Positions 1 to 13,494 of a stretch of DNA of 64,000 nt are shown here, piece after piece. Source of the stretch: the human T2T-CHM13v2.0 reference genome, Homo sapiens; NCBI RefSeq assembly GCF_009914755.1, contig NC_060926.1. One strand, written 5' to 3'. Every line of letters starts with the position of its first letter. Positions within the stretch are counted from its first letter, which is position 1. Position numbers and translations under genes: made by a program. The notes under the pieces are model-generated. The model made no database searches and was not told the DNA's origin. It saw only the letters and a list, made by a program, of their open reading frames with translations.

Positions 1-265
1 GTGCTAGATCCTGGGAGGAGCTATGAAAGAAGATACATGAGTCAAGCAGGAATGGCCCCTGTTGTTCTAATTTTCACTCAAGCTGAGAATACAAAATGAG
101 CAAAAGAGAAAATGTCAGAACACTTAGAGTAATCAGTGTAAATGAAGCCAGCACAAACGGCATGTATGGGTACTGAGAGAATGTGGGCAAGGCACCAGGT
201 GCCCCTTTGGAAGGTAAGAGGCAGTGGAGCTCCTGTGAGAGCTTTCTCATGCTGTTGAAGGAGTC
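1..265 (-). mobile_element. Degraded L2 LINE fragment
   Basis: Loose resemblance to antisense L2 3' region (gtgctagatcctggga...ggcccctg...tatgggtactgag); heavily diverged. Confidence 0.4.
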
Positions 266-806
266 ATCGTGTCTTCTTATTTTTTTTTTCAAACTGTGGT
301 CACAGCCCATTGGAGAGTCATGATTAACACTTATTTAAATAGATAATATCATATTATCTGTATGAATCTATATAGATAAATATATGTGTATTTAATTTTA
401 CCTGTAATGTATAGACATCTTTATTACACATTTAATTATTACCTATTGTTACAGAAATAGAAGACAGTTTCACAGAGTAGAAAATAGAGTGCCTGCATGG
501 CAAATACTAAAAATAAGAAAGAAGTGCCAGTTTATTGAACTTTAATTTTGGTTACTTTTACGGTTTCATATTTGTAGGTATGTGCTGGGCTGTAATAGAA
601 ACAGTATTTCTTACTGTCAGTTGGCCCAACATGTTTGAAAGCCCCAGTAAATTGAGAAACTAAAGGATCTGCATGGCCAGCCGAAGAGGAGGGCGGAACA
701 AGAAACTCCCCTCCTTTCTGTCCTGTACACATACAGTGATAACTCCTCAAGGCCAGGCAGTAGTCACTCTCTGATAAGTATATATTTTGTTGCCTTGTCT
801 TTTCAG

Positions 807-1375
807 ATTTGCAGTCAGATGAGAATCTTTGTTTAAAACAACTTGCCCCATTTCTTATAGCTATTTGCAAAGCTGGGAGTTTCTGCTTGTGGCTTCCCAA
901 ATATTTATAGCTCCTCCATCAGTTTAGAAGTTGTTGTCTCATCTTTTTAAGTCTGAATTCTACCTACTCAAGTTAAAGCAACCTTCTTCAGCAACAATGT
1001 GGGGATCCTCTTATCCCTGCCTGTTCTGTCATTTCATCTAGCAGAGCAGTGTTATGATGAGCCCTGTAGGCACAAGTGTATCTCATCCTGTCATTTCTGA
1101 GGTGTGTATGGTTTATTTTAACTATACTATGTAGAAGGAGCTTACATTCATTAAATGTAGTGCATAAGCAATTTTGCTATCCTTTAAGAGTAAATCTGTA
1201 ATTATTCTGTAACAACTGTCTTGCATCATTTCTTTTCTAGATATGCTTTGTAAGTTTTCAAAATTGAGAAAACATTTGAACTACTAAAGTTGAACTTGTC
1301 AGCACTTTTCCTCCAGTGCTCATTTGTCAAAAGTTATTGAAACAATGAAAAATAAATCTTTGCAGAAACAGGAGA
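807..1375 (+). other. Probable terminal exon (few codons plus ~550-nt 3' UTR) of an upstream gene or lncRNA outside the window
   Basis: Branch-like ctgAt at 771-775, pyrimidine tract ttttgttgccttgtcttttcAG ending at 806; all three frames stop within ~55 nt (e.g. A-TTT-GCA-GTC-AGA-TGA, stop 820-822); repeat-free AU-rich body; AATAAA at 1351-1356. Confidence 0.6.
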
Positions 1376-1431
1376 AATGGATTCTATGTATGAAGCCCAG
1401 TTGTGTTGGATTTTGTTTCAGTATCTTTTTT
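1351..1431 (+). terminator. Polyadenylation signal with downstream GU/U-rich element
   Basis: AATAAA at 1351-1356, CA dinucleotide at 1369-1370, gttgtgttggattttgttt at 1400-1418 and a T-run after it. Confidence 0.55.
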
Positions 1432-1713
1432 TTCACTGCCAGCAAAACAAGACAATTCAACAACCTATGTAAAGTCAGTTTTACAGATTAATCCTGAATA
1501 TTTCAAATGAGCACATAGTTAGCAGGTATCTGCCAAATGAGGCACAACCTTGAAGACAATCAAAGAGTTGGAGCACAGAACCAACAAAAAGCAGAAGGTC
1601 AATAGGTTAGAGGCCTAGTGCCTGATTGTTACCATTGTTGGATATCTCTAACTTCAGTGGGAATTCTCTTTACCACCAGTCTTCATGTGTGCCCATGTGA
1701 GCAGGAAATTGCT

Positions 1714-1727
1714 CCTGTAGGTGGCGA
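1714..1727 (+). promoter_or_regulatory. Candidate CTCF motif
   Basis: CCTGTAGGTGGCGA versus core CCASYAGRKGGCRS (2 deviations), CpG retained. Confidence 0.35.
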
Positions 1728-2184
1728 GCAGAATATGAAGCTCCAATTATGTCTATTCTCTGTTATAGGGGAGAATGGCAGAAGCAAATAGTACATGGGA
1801 TAATGGCTGTTAAGGAAAGCTAATATACTTGAGTAACTAGAAGGTGCTTTGCAATTTTATTATTTATTTTCCATAGAAAGAGAAGTAGAAAATAAGGAGA
1901 CCTTGAAAATAACATTAAATTTATTCTGGACAAACAAGCCAAATGCATTTTATTATACTGAAAGGTAAAGTTCTGAGGTGATTAAAAAATAGGCATCTTC
2001 CTAAGCATATATTCTATTCATAAAAGATCAAGACTTTTCTTTCCTTTTCTAAGTGGAGCTCATGAACATTCATAACAGAAGGTATTTCATAACTCTTTTT
2101 TATTGTTTTCCATGCTCGTGAGACATTTCATCATACTGAGTGGCCCATGAATGTCCTCCAGATTGTCCTTGAGATAGTCTCAAC

Positions 2185-2220
2185 ATACCAATATTCACAA
2201 TAATACCAATATTCACAATA
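2185..2220. repeat. 18-bp perfect tandem duplication
   Basis: ataccaatattcacaata x2. Confidence 0.9.
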
Positions 2221-3890
2221 ATATTTTCATTTTCATCTCTGCAATAATTTAACTTGGATGGCAACCTCCTCTCGAAGATGTGGTAGGTACATCATCAGAG
2301 CCTTTTATTCTGTTAAGATGCACCATGATCTCTCTGAATTTAGGAAATGTGGGTTGCCTAATAAGAAAACATGAATTATTCTCCACAAACTAAGTAGGTT
2401 TGGTAAATTCATTATTGGGACTAAATATATGAATGCTTACAAAAAAAGGCAATCTTCTCTATAAGTTATTTGTTGGTTTTACAGATGGTCTTCTCTTATT
2501 ATGTAGAGGTTATTGTTTAGTTAAGGATTAAAATTATATAACTTTATAAAAACCGCCTAATGTCCTTCATTTGTTCTTTATTAAACTTTCTTTGAAGGTT
2601 TCAAACTCCATGACAAGATTTTGGAGGAAACACAGAATATTCTAATTTTGAATTTACTGTACTAGGTATAAAAAAATGTAATATTTGATAGGAAAGAATT
2701 CATCCAGTATCTCCTTTGTTCTTGGAGAGCACTTTGACCTCTACATTCATAATTCATAGGAGAAATGAGCAGTACCTACCACTATAGTTGTATAAATAAA
2801 TTGGCAACTAACAGGGAGCACTGCTTCTTGTTAATTAAGAACCACTGAAGAATGGGCTCTTGACTTTCTGTTGAGCATTGTAAATCTTCCCTTTTTAGGG
2901 TACACGATTCTTATATTTAAAGAAAACACACATCTGTGTTTATACCAGATGGCATGTTGTAGACATTTGCTATTATTATTCATTCTTCTGTCCATTGCTA
3001 CAGATGTTATAAGTATCTTTTACACTTCTCCCCTCTCCCACAGGCTAAAAACAGAAGCTAGTATTAAACATAACAGTAAATGAAGAAGCAGAGAAAAGTT
3101 GAAGTGAAAACCAGGTGCAAAATAAGATTAACGTTGTCCTTCTACCACTTGCTTACCTCAACGAACAATAAACTTGCAGTGAGGACAAAGCTAATTTTTT
3201 TCATAGATAACTCCGAAAGAGAAATCAATTCTTTCATAAATTAGAATTTATATAGTATCATATGCACAGAGGATTGCTGTCAGGCTTAAAATCCTAGTTG
3301 AAAAAGTCTGATCTCTTTTTCCAGTCCTTATTTAGTTCTGTTTATAACCTAAGAGTTGTATTAACCTCATAATGAAGAAACGTTTGAGTCATATTTTCTG
3401 ACTCAGTATTTAACTTAACAATGTTATCTGGAACCAAGTAAAAGGGTACAGATTTCATTACCAAAGAATACACTGACAATATACTACCCAGAAATAAAGC
3501 TTTAACAGAAGAACCCAGTATTAAGCTACCCACACAGTGGTTCCAATCAGGAGGTAGTGAGGCCATATCTGGTAGCATTCCCCAGTTGCTACACCATCCT
3601 CTTTACTCTAGGAAAAGGGCCGAGGATGTAGAGTATGCCCCATTCTCAGTTTCACTGATTAACTGAGCAATATTTATGGAGAATCCACCATGTATAGAAT
3701 TTCTCCTAAGGACTTTGGTATCTCAGGGATTTTATTTTCTGCATCACTTTCTTTTCATAACTTCAAGGTCATGAAGGACTTTGGAAAAAAGTTATCTTAC
3801 CAAAAGATTGTGAATTCCAGACTTGAGAATAGATCTTGGTTTATTCTTCATAAAATTCTTCATAATAAGGAGAAAATAGACTGAAGTTGA

Positions 3891-4286
<396 letters not shown>

Positions 4287-5682
4287 ACCAAGTATATTTT
4301 AAGGATTCCTGAGGAAAATAGAAGCAAAGTACAGTTTTCTTAAACAAAACTTATATCTAATTGGCCAGTGAAAAGATAATGGTTGACTTTAAAATGGTTT
4401 TACATAACTAACATTTTCTAAGGTTTACTCTAAGAGAAGAAAAGAGAAATGACACTGCATAAGATCACAGAATAAAAGACTTGTGTCATTGCGGTTCTGT
4501 TCTTGGAAATTAATAGGTTCCAAAATCAAGCCAGATGATTAATACCAGCTTTCGTTTGATCTATAAGCCACAATGATGGGCACAGCATGCCCCTGACTTT
4601 GTCTGGCATTGTGATTTAATGAAAAGAGAAAGCTTAGAAGAAAACAATGAAGGAAAAGAAACACAAACCCTTCTGTATTGGATCAGAAACTTCTTGATTG
4701 ATGTACCCAGCTTCTGATTTCTAAATCTTGATCAGCTTTGGTTATGTGGATATTTTCTTTCCAAGATAGCAGGATAAAAGGTGTTAGGTTTTTAGAACAC
4801 AAGTGACAATTTTATAGAAGGAAAGTGATGTATAGCTTCATATTTTCTAAAGGAAATGCCATTTGCAAAGATATAAATAATAATGCTGCGGAGATTGGGG
4901 GAAAGTAGATGTGCTAATTGTGGGTGTACTTTTATGATAAAATCACCATGAAATTTTGGTTAAAAAATATCAGTTTTGCAAGACTGTTTGTAAGGCTGGG
5001 TTAGATGATGGCTAAGGCTACAGAATACACTAGTTTGAGTAAATGTACCAACCACAATGTATCAGGGCTCAAGGTCTGATGGAGATGAGACTGAAAAATC
5101 TGAAAAATTAACCTTCAGTGGTCTCTTGTCATAGTATGTCTCATTAACCCAAAGCAGTGGATTCAGACCTGGAAGTTATATACCACTGGGGTTGTGATCA
5201 CTTTGTGGACGTGAAAGATGGAATATCCAAACCTTTATGTTAAAGGTTAAAACCACTGTGGAAACCAGGACCTGTTGGGAAACCACCCTGGAATCACTCC
5301 CACTGTCTGTCTTAAGATTCTTACCCTTGTCACTTACCACAGCTCAGAAAATTGCTCCAAATGATTTGATGGTTTACACCCATCAAATCTGCTGAACTTT
5401 TATTTCCACCTCTCACTCACTCCTCGCATGGCCCCCGCCTTCATGCTGCACCCTGGGCACTTCAGTCTGAGCCTGATCCAAGGTGATTTGTCTGTCCTGC
5501 CTAATTGTGCTTCCAGAGATTTTTTCAGAGACCGCAGTTTCTTCCCTACTCTGTATAGCTCCTCTCCAAGGAATTTCTTAAATCAAAACAAATGAGGATG
5601 TATTTTACCAAGGACTTCTCTATCCTTTGATGAGATATTCACATCTGCCTCAATGGCTGTTCTTAGCATGTTTTTGTATTTT

Positions 5683-6360
5683 TTTCATTCACTCATTCTT
5701 TTTCATATTTACTGAGTATCTGCTATATGCTCTAGGTTTCCTCTCAGAGTTAAAGACATAATCCACATTCTCTGGCAGAATTTAACCTGGTGAGACAAAC
5801 AGCCAACCTAAAGATTATGGTATGTGAGTAACAAGTGCTTTGATAGGTATAGACAGAGGGGCTATGGGACCACTTAAACCAGCCTGCCTGATTAGCAGAT
5901 TTAAAGGTCATGTAGTACTCTTTTTATAAGCAAGTTTTATCCCCAGATCTCTTGGTATGATTCAATCAAGACTATTGATTGATCGTCTACAATGAGCCAG
6001 ACAGTGTTCTATGTGTTATTAGTTTAGTATTGAACAAAACATTCATGCCTACATGGAGTTTACATTCTAGTGGAGCAAAGTTCTACAAGATAACACATGA
6101 ATAAGTGAAATATAGAACAGAGAAAATAATGATATGTGCTAAAGAAAAAATAAATCAGGGAAGAGGAATATAAAATGTAAGAGAAACTTCAACATACGAG
6201 GACATCCAGGGAAGAACTCCCTCAGCAAGTGACTTCTGTGTCATTATTTGTTGAAAGATGTGAATGAGCTGTGCCACTTTCTGAGGGATAAGTGTTCCAG
6301 ACAAAGGGAGTAAGTGCAAGAGGTCCCATAGCAGGACAGAGCCTGGGATGTCAAAAAATA
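5683..6360 (-). mobile_element. L2 fragments (two 3' ends)
   Basis: ttcattcactcattc...tttactgagtatctgctatatg and attcaatcaagactattgattgatcgtctacaatgagccagacagtgttcta...acattctagtgg, typical antisense L2 3' end. Confidence 0.65.
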
Positions 6361-7000
6361 GGCCTTTGGCTTCAGAGAATGAATTGGTGAAAAATCATTT
6401 TCCTCTTAAAGAAGAGGAGGTGCATTCTCTTCCCTATCCAGTTTCAGGACTTCAGCATCCAAGGGAATAGAGATGCTGTGATCAGGGACAGCAGTGTGGG
6501 AGGGCAAAGCCCTGTTTCCCAGTCCTGGTGTCAGTTAGTCACCTTCAGTCTCAAATCCTTACTCTGGGTATCATTTGATCTGCATACCTCTTCCATGAAG
6601 GCAGCATCTTAACAGAAAACCAGAAGAAAATCAATTACCTTAGGCACATTTAAGGAAAGATACAAAAGTGATTGTACGCCTTATGTATTTAATTTTCTAT
6701 CTCTTCTTCCCCCCTCCCCCAAGGTTCTTTCTCAGTCCAACATTGCCTTGCACAGGAAGTCACCGTGGAATTTCAATGGAAAAACTTTCTACAGGACCTA
6801 AAACAATTAGAGTTAAGAATTCAGTCCCCAGGGATCTTTAATCTCAAATTGGCTCATCATCTAAGAAAACATCTCATAGAGGAACACCAATGAAAATCTA
6901 AGGAAACTCAAAAACAAACACACACGTGCACACACACACAGGATAAGAAACAAGCCAAAATCCTAGACAAAAGACAGCACCCTCATAGCTGCCTCTGAGG

Positions 7001-7145
7001 CAGTGGTTCTGAACCTTTCAACAATTACAGACCCTTTAGAGAATTGAATAAAAGATACAGTACCTGGTTCAGGAAAGTGCATATTTTGAATTTCAAGGGG
7101 GTTATATAATCCCATGAACAGGATGGCTCCATGGAATTGGGATTC
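7001..7145. mobile_element. Old hAT-Charlie MITE fragment (MER112-like)
   Basis: Starts with cagtggttctgaac TIR, then acagaccctttagagaat...aatttcaaggggg. Confidence 0.45.
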
Positions 7146-8628
7146 ATAATACCTACTTTAAAAGAAAAATTCCCTCCTTTTTCGAAAGAGCTAAAAATTT
7201 CTCATATTTAGATTTGTTAACATCTTATCAAACTTCGAAGGTACAGCTTTACTGTCTCCATTTACTATAAACATACTATAATTTACAATTCAGTAATCAG
7301 AATCTAATGCCCCTCCTGACATCAGAGAAAGCAGAAGGCTGGAGCTGGGAAAAGGAGCCAGTGATGGAATTCAGTTCAGATTCTCTGCCTTTGGAGATGT
7401 TGCCATCAAACAGCTGCAGGAGGTCCCCTTCGGGCACAGTCTCCATGACCCCTCACCAGCATCTCTGTGACCCTGCTAGAAGCCCTGGTCCCAGGAGGAG
7501 AAATGCTGAGTTATACAAACAGATCTAGCCATTTTAAAAAGAAGCTTTTTTTCCCCTCTTTATATCAGTGGGTGTTCTTCTGTCCTACCATTTATTCATT
7601 GCACTCACCTGGAATGGCCTCTAAAATCTCTTTGTAAGCACTGAAGCTCTGTTCCAGCATGTAAAGAAGGAAATTAAGGAGAGAAGGAAGAAAATGATTC
7701 TGTCTGCTGATATTTTTCTCATCTGTGTACCTGCTAATCTACCAACAGCCCTGTGAATTTGAGCTTAAAAACTGAAATATATATATTTACATATATAATA
7801 TAGATTTACATATATATTCTCATAAAATATACATCTTCACTACTGGGAAATGGTCCAGAAGACAGAAGAATTTACATATGCATATATGCATTGCTTTTTG
7901 TTTTTGTATCAGGAAAAAAAACCAGGTGCTGATATTTTAATAAACTGCAAAATGCTTCTCCCACTCTTTTCCTGTTCCCACACACCCTCTTCTCTAGCTG
8001 CACTGGTTTGTGAACTCCTTGTTCTCACCAAAGGAGTTAGCTAGGAAGGAAATGGTAATGTGTTTAGGTTGATAGAAATCAACAATCAGTTGGTTTGACA
8101 AACCAGTACTCATAGCTTCTACTCATTGGGATGTCACACATTTGTAATCCATGGTATTAGAGGGGTGAACAGTTTTTTTCCCAAAAAATGTATCCCCAGT
8201 GCCTTTAAGAGTGAACTTAGATACCATCAGGGAAGTGGGTCAGCCCCTAGAACCAAGAACTAGGCCCCTAGGCACAAAGCAGTCTTCCTCTCCTCTGATG
8301 CGACTCAGGGCTCAGCTGGCTTAAGAAGTGCTCTGTCACTGGCAGAAGGGAGAGGGGGGAATCTTCTGATAAGAGTGCCCATGCTCCACTTCCTTTAGTA
8401 ATCTATAGCTCTCTGGAGATCCTTCTTGTTCTTAATAAGGACAACCTCATCAGAGAAATGCTTAGCATGCTACAGAAAAACACCACGGCCATAGAAACCA
8501 GGAAAAGAACTTGGTGAATTTCTTACTGGACATCCCTAAAGAGTCTGTGAGGTGTGGCGCAGGTCCTGCATAGGTTATGCCTATGCGGCATCATGGATTA
8601 TACAGTCAGCCCCTCCCTACACAATGAG

Positions 8629-8810
8629 CAGTGGCTCTGAGTGAGAGCAATGCCTGGAGACATTTTTTATTATCATGACTGGAGATGGGGGTGCTACTGG
8701 AATCCAGTGGGTAGGGGCTAGGGTTGTAGCTAAACATCCCACATTGCACAGGACATCTCCCACAAGAAAGAATTATCCAGCCCCAATAGTACAGAGGCTG
8801 GGAAATCCTG
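8629..8810 (+). mobile_element. MER20 (hAT-Charlie)
   Basis: gcaatgcctggagacattttt...gggggtgctactggaatccagtgggtag...aaagaattatccagccc...gaaatcctg follows the MER20 consensus. Confidence 0.85.
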
Positions 8811-9039
8811 TGTTAGAGGGAATGAGGGGGTGGAGATTTGGGAGATGAGAAAAGCAGAAGTGGGAGAGCAACATACAGCAGAGGGCTGTAGAGGTGGCCC
8901 AAAAGTTTGGCCTTTTCAATCAAACCTCAAAGGCTTATTACTTAGAGGGTGATCTCAAAATAGGATGGGGGTATTTTTGATTGAAAATTTCATCCCTGAA
9001 TCAGACAATAGTATCAATTTGCTGTTAAAAATTGGAGTC

Positions 9040-9560
9040 ATATCCTAGGGCTGCTGGAAGTTAACGACTGCGCTCTCCAGGTGAGTCTTTCCTTTCCTGC
9101 GTGTATGTGGGTACTAAAGAGAAGGGCAACACAAACCCAAACACGTGGCCTGTCTGGAAGCAGGCAGCGTATAAATTGCAAAATAAGAAAGCCTGGGTCC
9201 TTTGTGCCACAGACAATGCTGATAAAAAAGGGTACACATCCTTCTTTGCGTAAAACATATTATTGACAACTGTGGGCTTAAGATAGATGAGCTGTCTCCC
9301 GCCCCTCAAGACTGCAGCACTGGGTCTGAAAAATTTCCTCAGGAGGATTTCTCAGGAGTTGCTTTTCAAAGGACAGGCCCAGGTCCATGTAAAGAGCCCC
9401 CTCCCCTCTTCTCTACATACCACCCTGGGAGAATTTACTGACAACAGAGGGCAGGGGTGGGAGTGTGGGGGATGGGAGTGCGCACGTGTGTGTGGAGTGT
9501 GTGCGCGCATTTTACTTCCTGTGACTTTATGTACTTTACAAGCAGATCATGCTCTGGCAG
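9040..9560. promoter_or_regulatory. Candidate enhancer/promoter (E-boxes, ETS, KLF/G4, TATA, splice donor)
   Basis: Local GC/CpG rise in unique DNA; CAG|GTGAGT at 9078-9086; CACGTG at 9142 and 9483; TATAAA at 9170; G-tracts at 9449-9476; ACTTCCTG at 9514. Confidence 0.5.
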
Positions 9561-11310
9561 TAACGAGAGTGCCACCTCAGCACCCCCATAAGGAGAGGAG
9601 TTGGAGCTGATGACCTCTAGGGCCTTTCCAGCTGTACCACTTCTGGATTCTATGTAGGCAATCATTTCCTGCCTGCAGAAGAATGCCAAATGGCTGTGTT
9701 CTCTGCTTCCTGTCTTCAGTGGCCTTGTGGGAACTTCACCCGCTCGGCAGGCTGCTCTGTGTGTGACAAGGACAGGGACAGAGGAGCACCCAGGCCATCC
9801 GTTTCTCTCATCCCATTCTTGCTTTGAAGTAATGCTTTCTATTCCTTCTCAAGATGATGAGAAGGACTTTAATGGGCTGATTTTATGTAAAGATCCAGTG
9901 ATAGAAAAACAAATTCTAGTCAGTGCATTACTTACAGGGTCATTCTACAGAAGCTGAGGCTGTTTCTAAAACAGTCCCCAAAGTAGCTTAAAAAATAATG
10001 GAGATTCTAAAACCAGATCATTTCCTGATGAAAACACGAGGCCTGTTCAATATTTAATCCTTTCTGAAATCAGCATGGTTTTTCTTTTTCCCACAAAGGT
10101 ATTTATAATGAAGTCCTTGAATTTGCCCCTTGGACACATTTACATGTTGTGCCTAATTTCCTAATTCTTTTAATCAGGCCTCCCTAGTTTAAATCATGGT
10201 AACTGTCTTTTGGTGAACTAGGATTCTTATTCCTATCTGTCTGACAAATATACGGCATCAAATATTCATCATTTAAATGCAATTAAAATATAAAATTATG
10301 AAAACATCATTGCAATTATTTAAATTGCACCAGTTTTAATTAAAGGATTAGGGCAATGGGGAATCTGAAACATAATATAATGCGTAATGAAGAGGCCATA
10401 TTTCTGTGGGTTGTTAATAATTTAAAGGCTTTCTGACTTTAAAGATAAGAGGCATGCGTGTGTATTTGTCACCAATAAGTAATAATGACACTGGAGAAGA
10501 ATACAAAAATGAGTAAAAAAAAATAAAAACTCAGATGTACCAAAAGATTAAAAAATTTACCTGCCCAGTGAAATGCTCAACAGTCCTCAATTCTACCAGA
10601 TTAAAAGCAATATATCAGAATAAAACCTCTCATATGAGTGGAATATGGAATTCAGCTATGTTGTTAGGAATCATATCTTCACTTTAAAGAATTCTTACAT
10701 ATATATTTCTATTTTACTAGGATTATCTTAATTTCTTTATGGATGTGGGACTTGTGAGACTACTTTAATTTGAATGTTTGGAATTGATCTGAGATGCAGT
10801 CTGTAAATGATAAAACCTAAACACGTGTCTAAAAACTTTAAAATTAATTGACTCTTTATTCAGCTGGCCTGCAAAATGACTCCATATAAATTACATTGCT
10901 ATATGTAAATTGTTTGAACTTTAGCTGCCATGTTCCATATAAACAAACAGCAGCTATAAACAGTGTTAAGTGAAGTGAAAACTGGTTTCCCTATGGAGGC
11001 TCAAAATGTGAAGCCTCTCATGAATTTTAGCCTCATATACTTCTATAATCAACATCTCTTTTCACAGTTTTAATTAAAGTGATAACAGTGCTTAATGTAA
11101 TACCCATGCTCGTTTGCTACCCGAGGCCTATGTGTAGCACCCGCATCCTATGCAGGTATGCATTGGTTCTCACTTGGACCAACTTCAAATTGCGGAAGGA
11201 GTAATCGGGCATTACGTGTATTTGCTCCAGTGGACATGTATACCTTCAGATAATTTTTTTGAACAAAAAACTTGGGAGATCACCTGGTCTAACATTCTAG
11301 CTTTTAGCAA

Positions 11311-11357
<47 letters not shown>
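11311..11357. repeat. (AAT)15 microsatellite
   Basis: Perfect trinucleotide run. Confidence 0.95.
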
Positions 11358-11358
<1 letters not shown>

Positions 11359-11389
11359 TAAGCCACCTATATAAGATAGGTATCTAGAT

Positions 11390-11700
11390 CAACACTACCC
11401 CCTGCAAAAAATAATGAATATCATCTAATTTTAAATTTTCTAGTAGCCACATTTTTAAAGTTAAAAAAAGTGAAATTAATGCTAGAATATATTTTATTTA
11501 GTCAAACATAGCCAAATCATTATTTCAACAAGTAATCAATATAAAAAGTATTGAATTATTTTTTCATAGCAAGTCTTTGAAATTCAGTGTGTATTTTACA
11601 TATGCAGCACATCTGAAATCATAGTATAATAGTAGCCCCCCCATTTCAAGTGTTCAATAGTCACATATGGGCAAGGACTACTGTTTTGAAAGTGCAACTC
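11390..11700. mobile_element. MER33 (hAT-Charlie)
   Basis: ttttctagtagccacatt...aagtgaaattaat...gtctttgaaattcagtgtgtatttta...atttcaagtgttcaatagtcacat. Confidence 0.75.
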
Positions 11701-11827
11701 TAGGTTTTTAAAGTGGGCTGGAATGGCTTTTTGGTCATAAAGGGATAAAAAGCCTGGGGAAGTTTAGTGTCCCCACCCCAGAGCATTGAGTAGCTCCAGA
11801 GATTCAGACAAAACAATGAGAATTAGA

Positions 11828-12030
11828 TTTTTAAAAAATTTATATAAATTTAAAGGATACCAGTGCAGCTTTGTTACATGGATATATTGCCTAGTAGTGA
11901 AGTCTGGGATTTTGGTGAAGTCATCATCCAAATAATGTACATTGTACCCATTAGTTAGTTTATCATTCTCTCCCTCCCACTCTCTCACCCTTCCTTATAT
12001 ATTAGTTCACACTCTATATCCATGTGTAGA
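11828..12030 (-). mobile_element. L1MA-type 3' end fragment
   Basis: cagtgcagctttgttacatggatatattg...aataatgtacattgtacccatt, antisense L1MA 3' UTR. Confidence 0.7.
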
Positions 12031-12084
12031 AAATTAGATTTCTGTGGCTGGTTGTAGGGACAGTGTTTCTAGAAGAAGGCGTAA

Positions 12085-12465
12085 ATATGTTGCATTCTCA
12101 TACAATGGAATACTTGCAATAAGAATGAATGATCTACAGCAACATGCAGCAATAAGGATAAATCTTATAAATACAATAATACTGAGTGAAGAAAGAAACC
12201 AGACTCAAAAAATACATCTTTTTTTGCATCCAATTATGTGCAATGCAAAAACAAAACACTCAAAACCAACCTAAGGAGTAAAAAGTCAAGGTAGCAGTAT
12301 CTTTGGTGCAGGGCAGCAACTAGAAGGAGGCACAAGGGGCTTCTGGGTGCCAATAATGTTCTGTTTCTTTAACCAAGTGTGTTTCTTGTGTGAAAATTCC
12401 TTGCATTATACGCTTAAAAAGTACTTACTTGTGGTTACATATGCTGTATTTCAATATATTTTTTA
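12085..12465 (+). mobile_element. L1ME/MD 3' fragment
   Basis: catacaatggaatact...aatgaatgatctacagcaacatgcagc...gggcttctgggtgccaataatgttctgtttctt. Confidence 0.7.
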
Positions 12466-13494
12466 AAGAATGGTAAGATTCAAAGGACTAACCCTCTACA
12501 TATTTCTGTTCTGAATTATAAACACCTATCATGTACCAAATAACATTATAAAAAGTATATGTCAATGTTTCTGATACAATTTTTTAAATTTGGGATTCCA
12601 AAATAAATTTTTAAATAAAATTTAAAGTTATAGGTATTGATTTCTGGAGGTCAACTTCACAGGTGGCCAGGGGTATGAGCATAGGACAGAAATGGGACCA
12701 GTTTCAAAAATAACCTAATAGATCTCTGTGTGGGTTTGAAGATACAGGGGACATGGACATGGGCAACCCACCACTCTCTATCCTTTCCTCTGAAAAAGGT
12801 GTTTAGTTTTCTTGTCCTAAGTTCCTCCAATAAGCTCTGCAACCCTGAATTTGGAGTCTTTGCAACCAAATCAAAGAGACAGAGATCTTTAAGAGGAAAG
12901 CTTGTCTATTAGGCCTTGAAAGATGACAAATTGGAGCATCTTGGTAGATTTACTTGAAGCTCATGATGACTACAAGTTCCTTGAAATCAGATATACTTGG
13001 AATACTTGTCCTATGTGTAACACTAAAGGTACTTACCTATATTTTTAAGACTTATTCTTGAGAAATATTTAATCTTGAGAAAAATTGGCTAATAATTCTT
13101 AACTACCCCTATTTTTTGAATAGCCAAAAAAAAAAAAAAGATTTGTCTTGTAACTCAGGATGCTCTGATTCACAACCAACCCAAAACCAATTCAAGAGAA
13201 TCCAATAAGGACATGGTCCCTGGGCTGTGAGTCTAATAGGAAAGGGACTTCTACTTATCTTCACATGCTCTTGCATCTTACTCCAGCCTGAACAATTATA
13301 CTTATGTGCCATTGGTATTAGACGTTAGAATAATTGTAACTTACTGAATATCTAAAATGCCGATTTCTGGAGTGTCTCAATCCTCCTGTCCCTAAATCCC
13401 CATAGACCATTATACTGGTATTCAAGCTCCCATATGTATGTGGCTGACACTTGTAGATGTTTTTGAAGGATGTTTTAATAGGGGTTTAGATGTC

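Noticed and set aside
1054-1100. Box C (ATGATGA) and box D (CTGA) suggesting a C/D snoRNA
   Set aside because: Only 47 nt from C to D, no terminal stem, and it lies in a putative 3' UTR rather than an intron
5363-5389. Perfect 10-bp hairpin gatttgatgg/ccatcaaatc with 7-nt loop
   Set aside because: Isolated, and about what chance gives in 64 kb of AT-rich DNA; no supporting context
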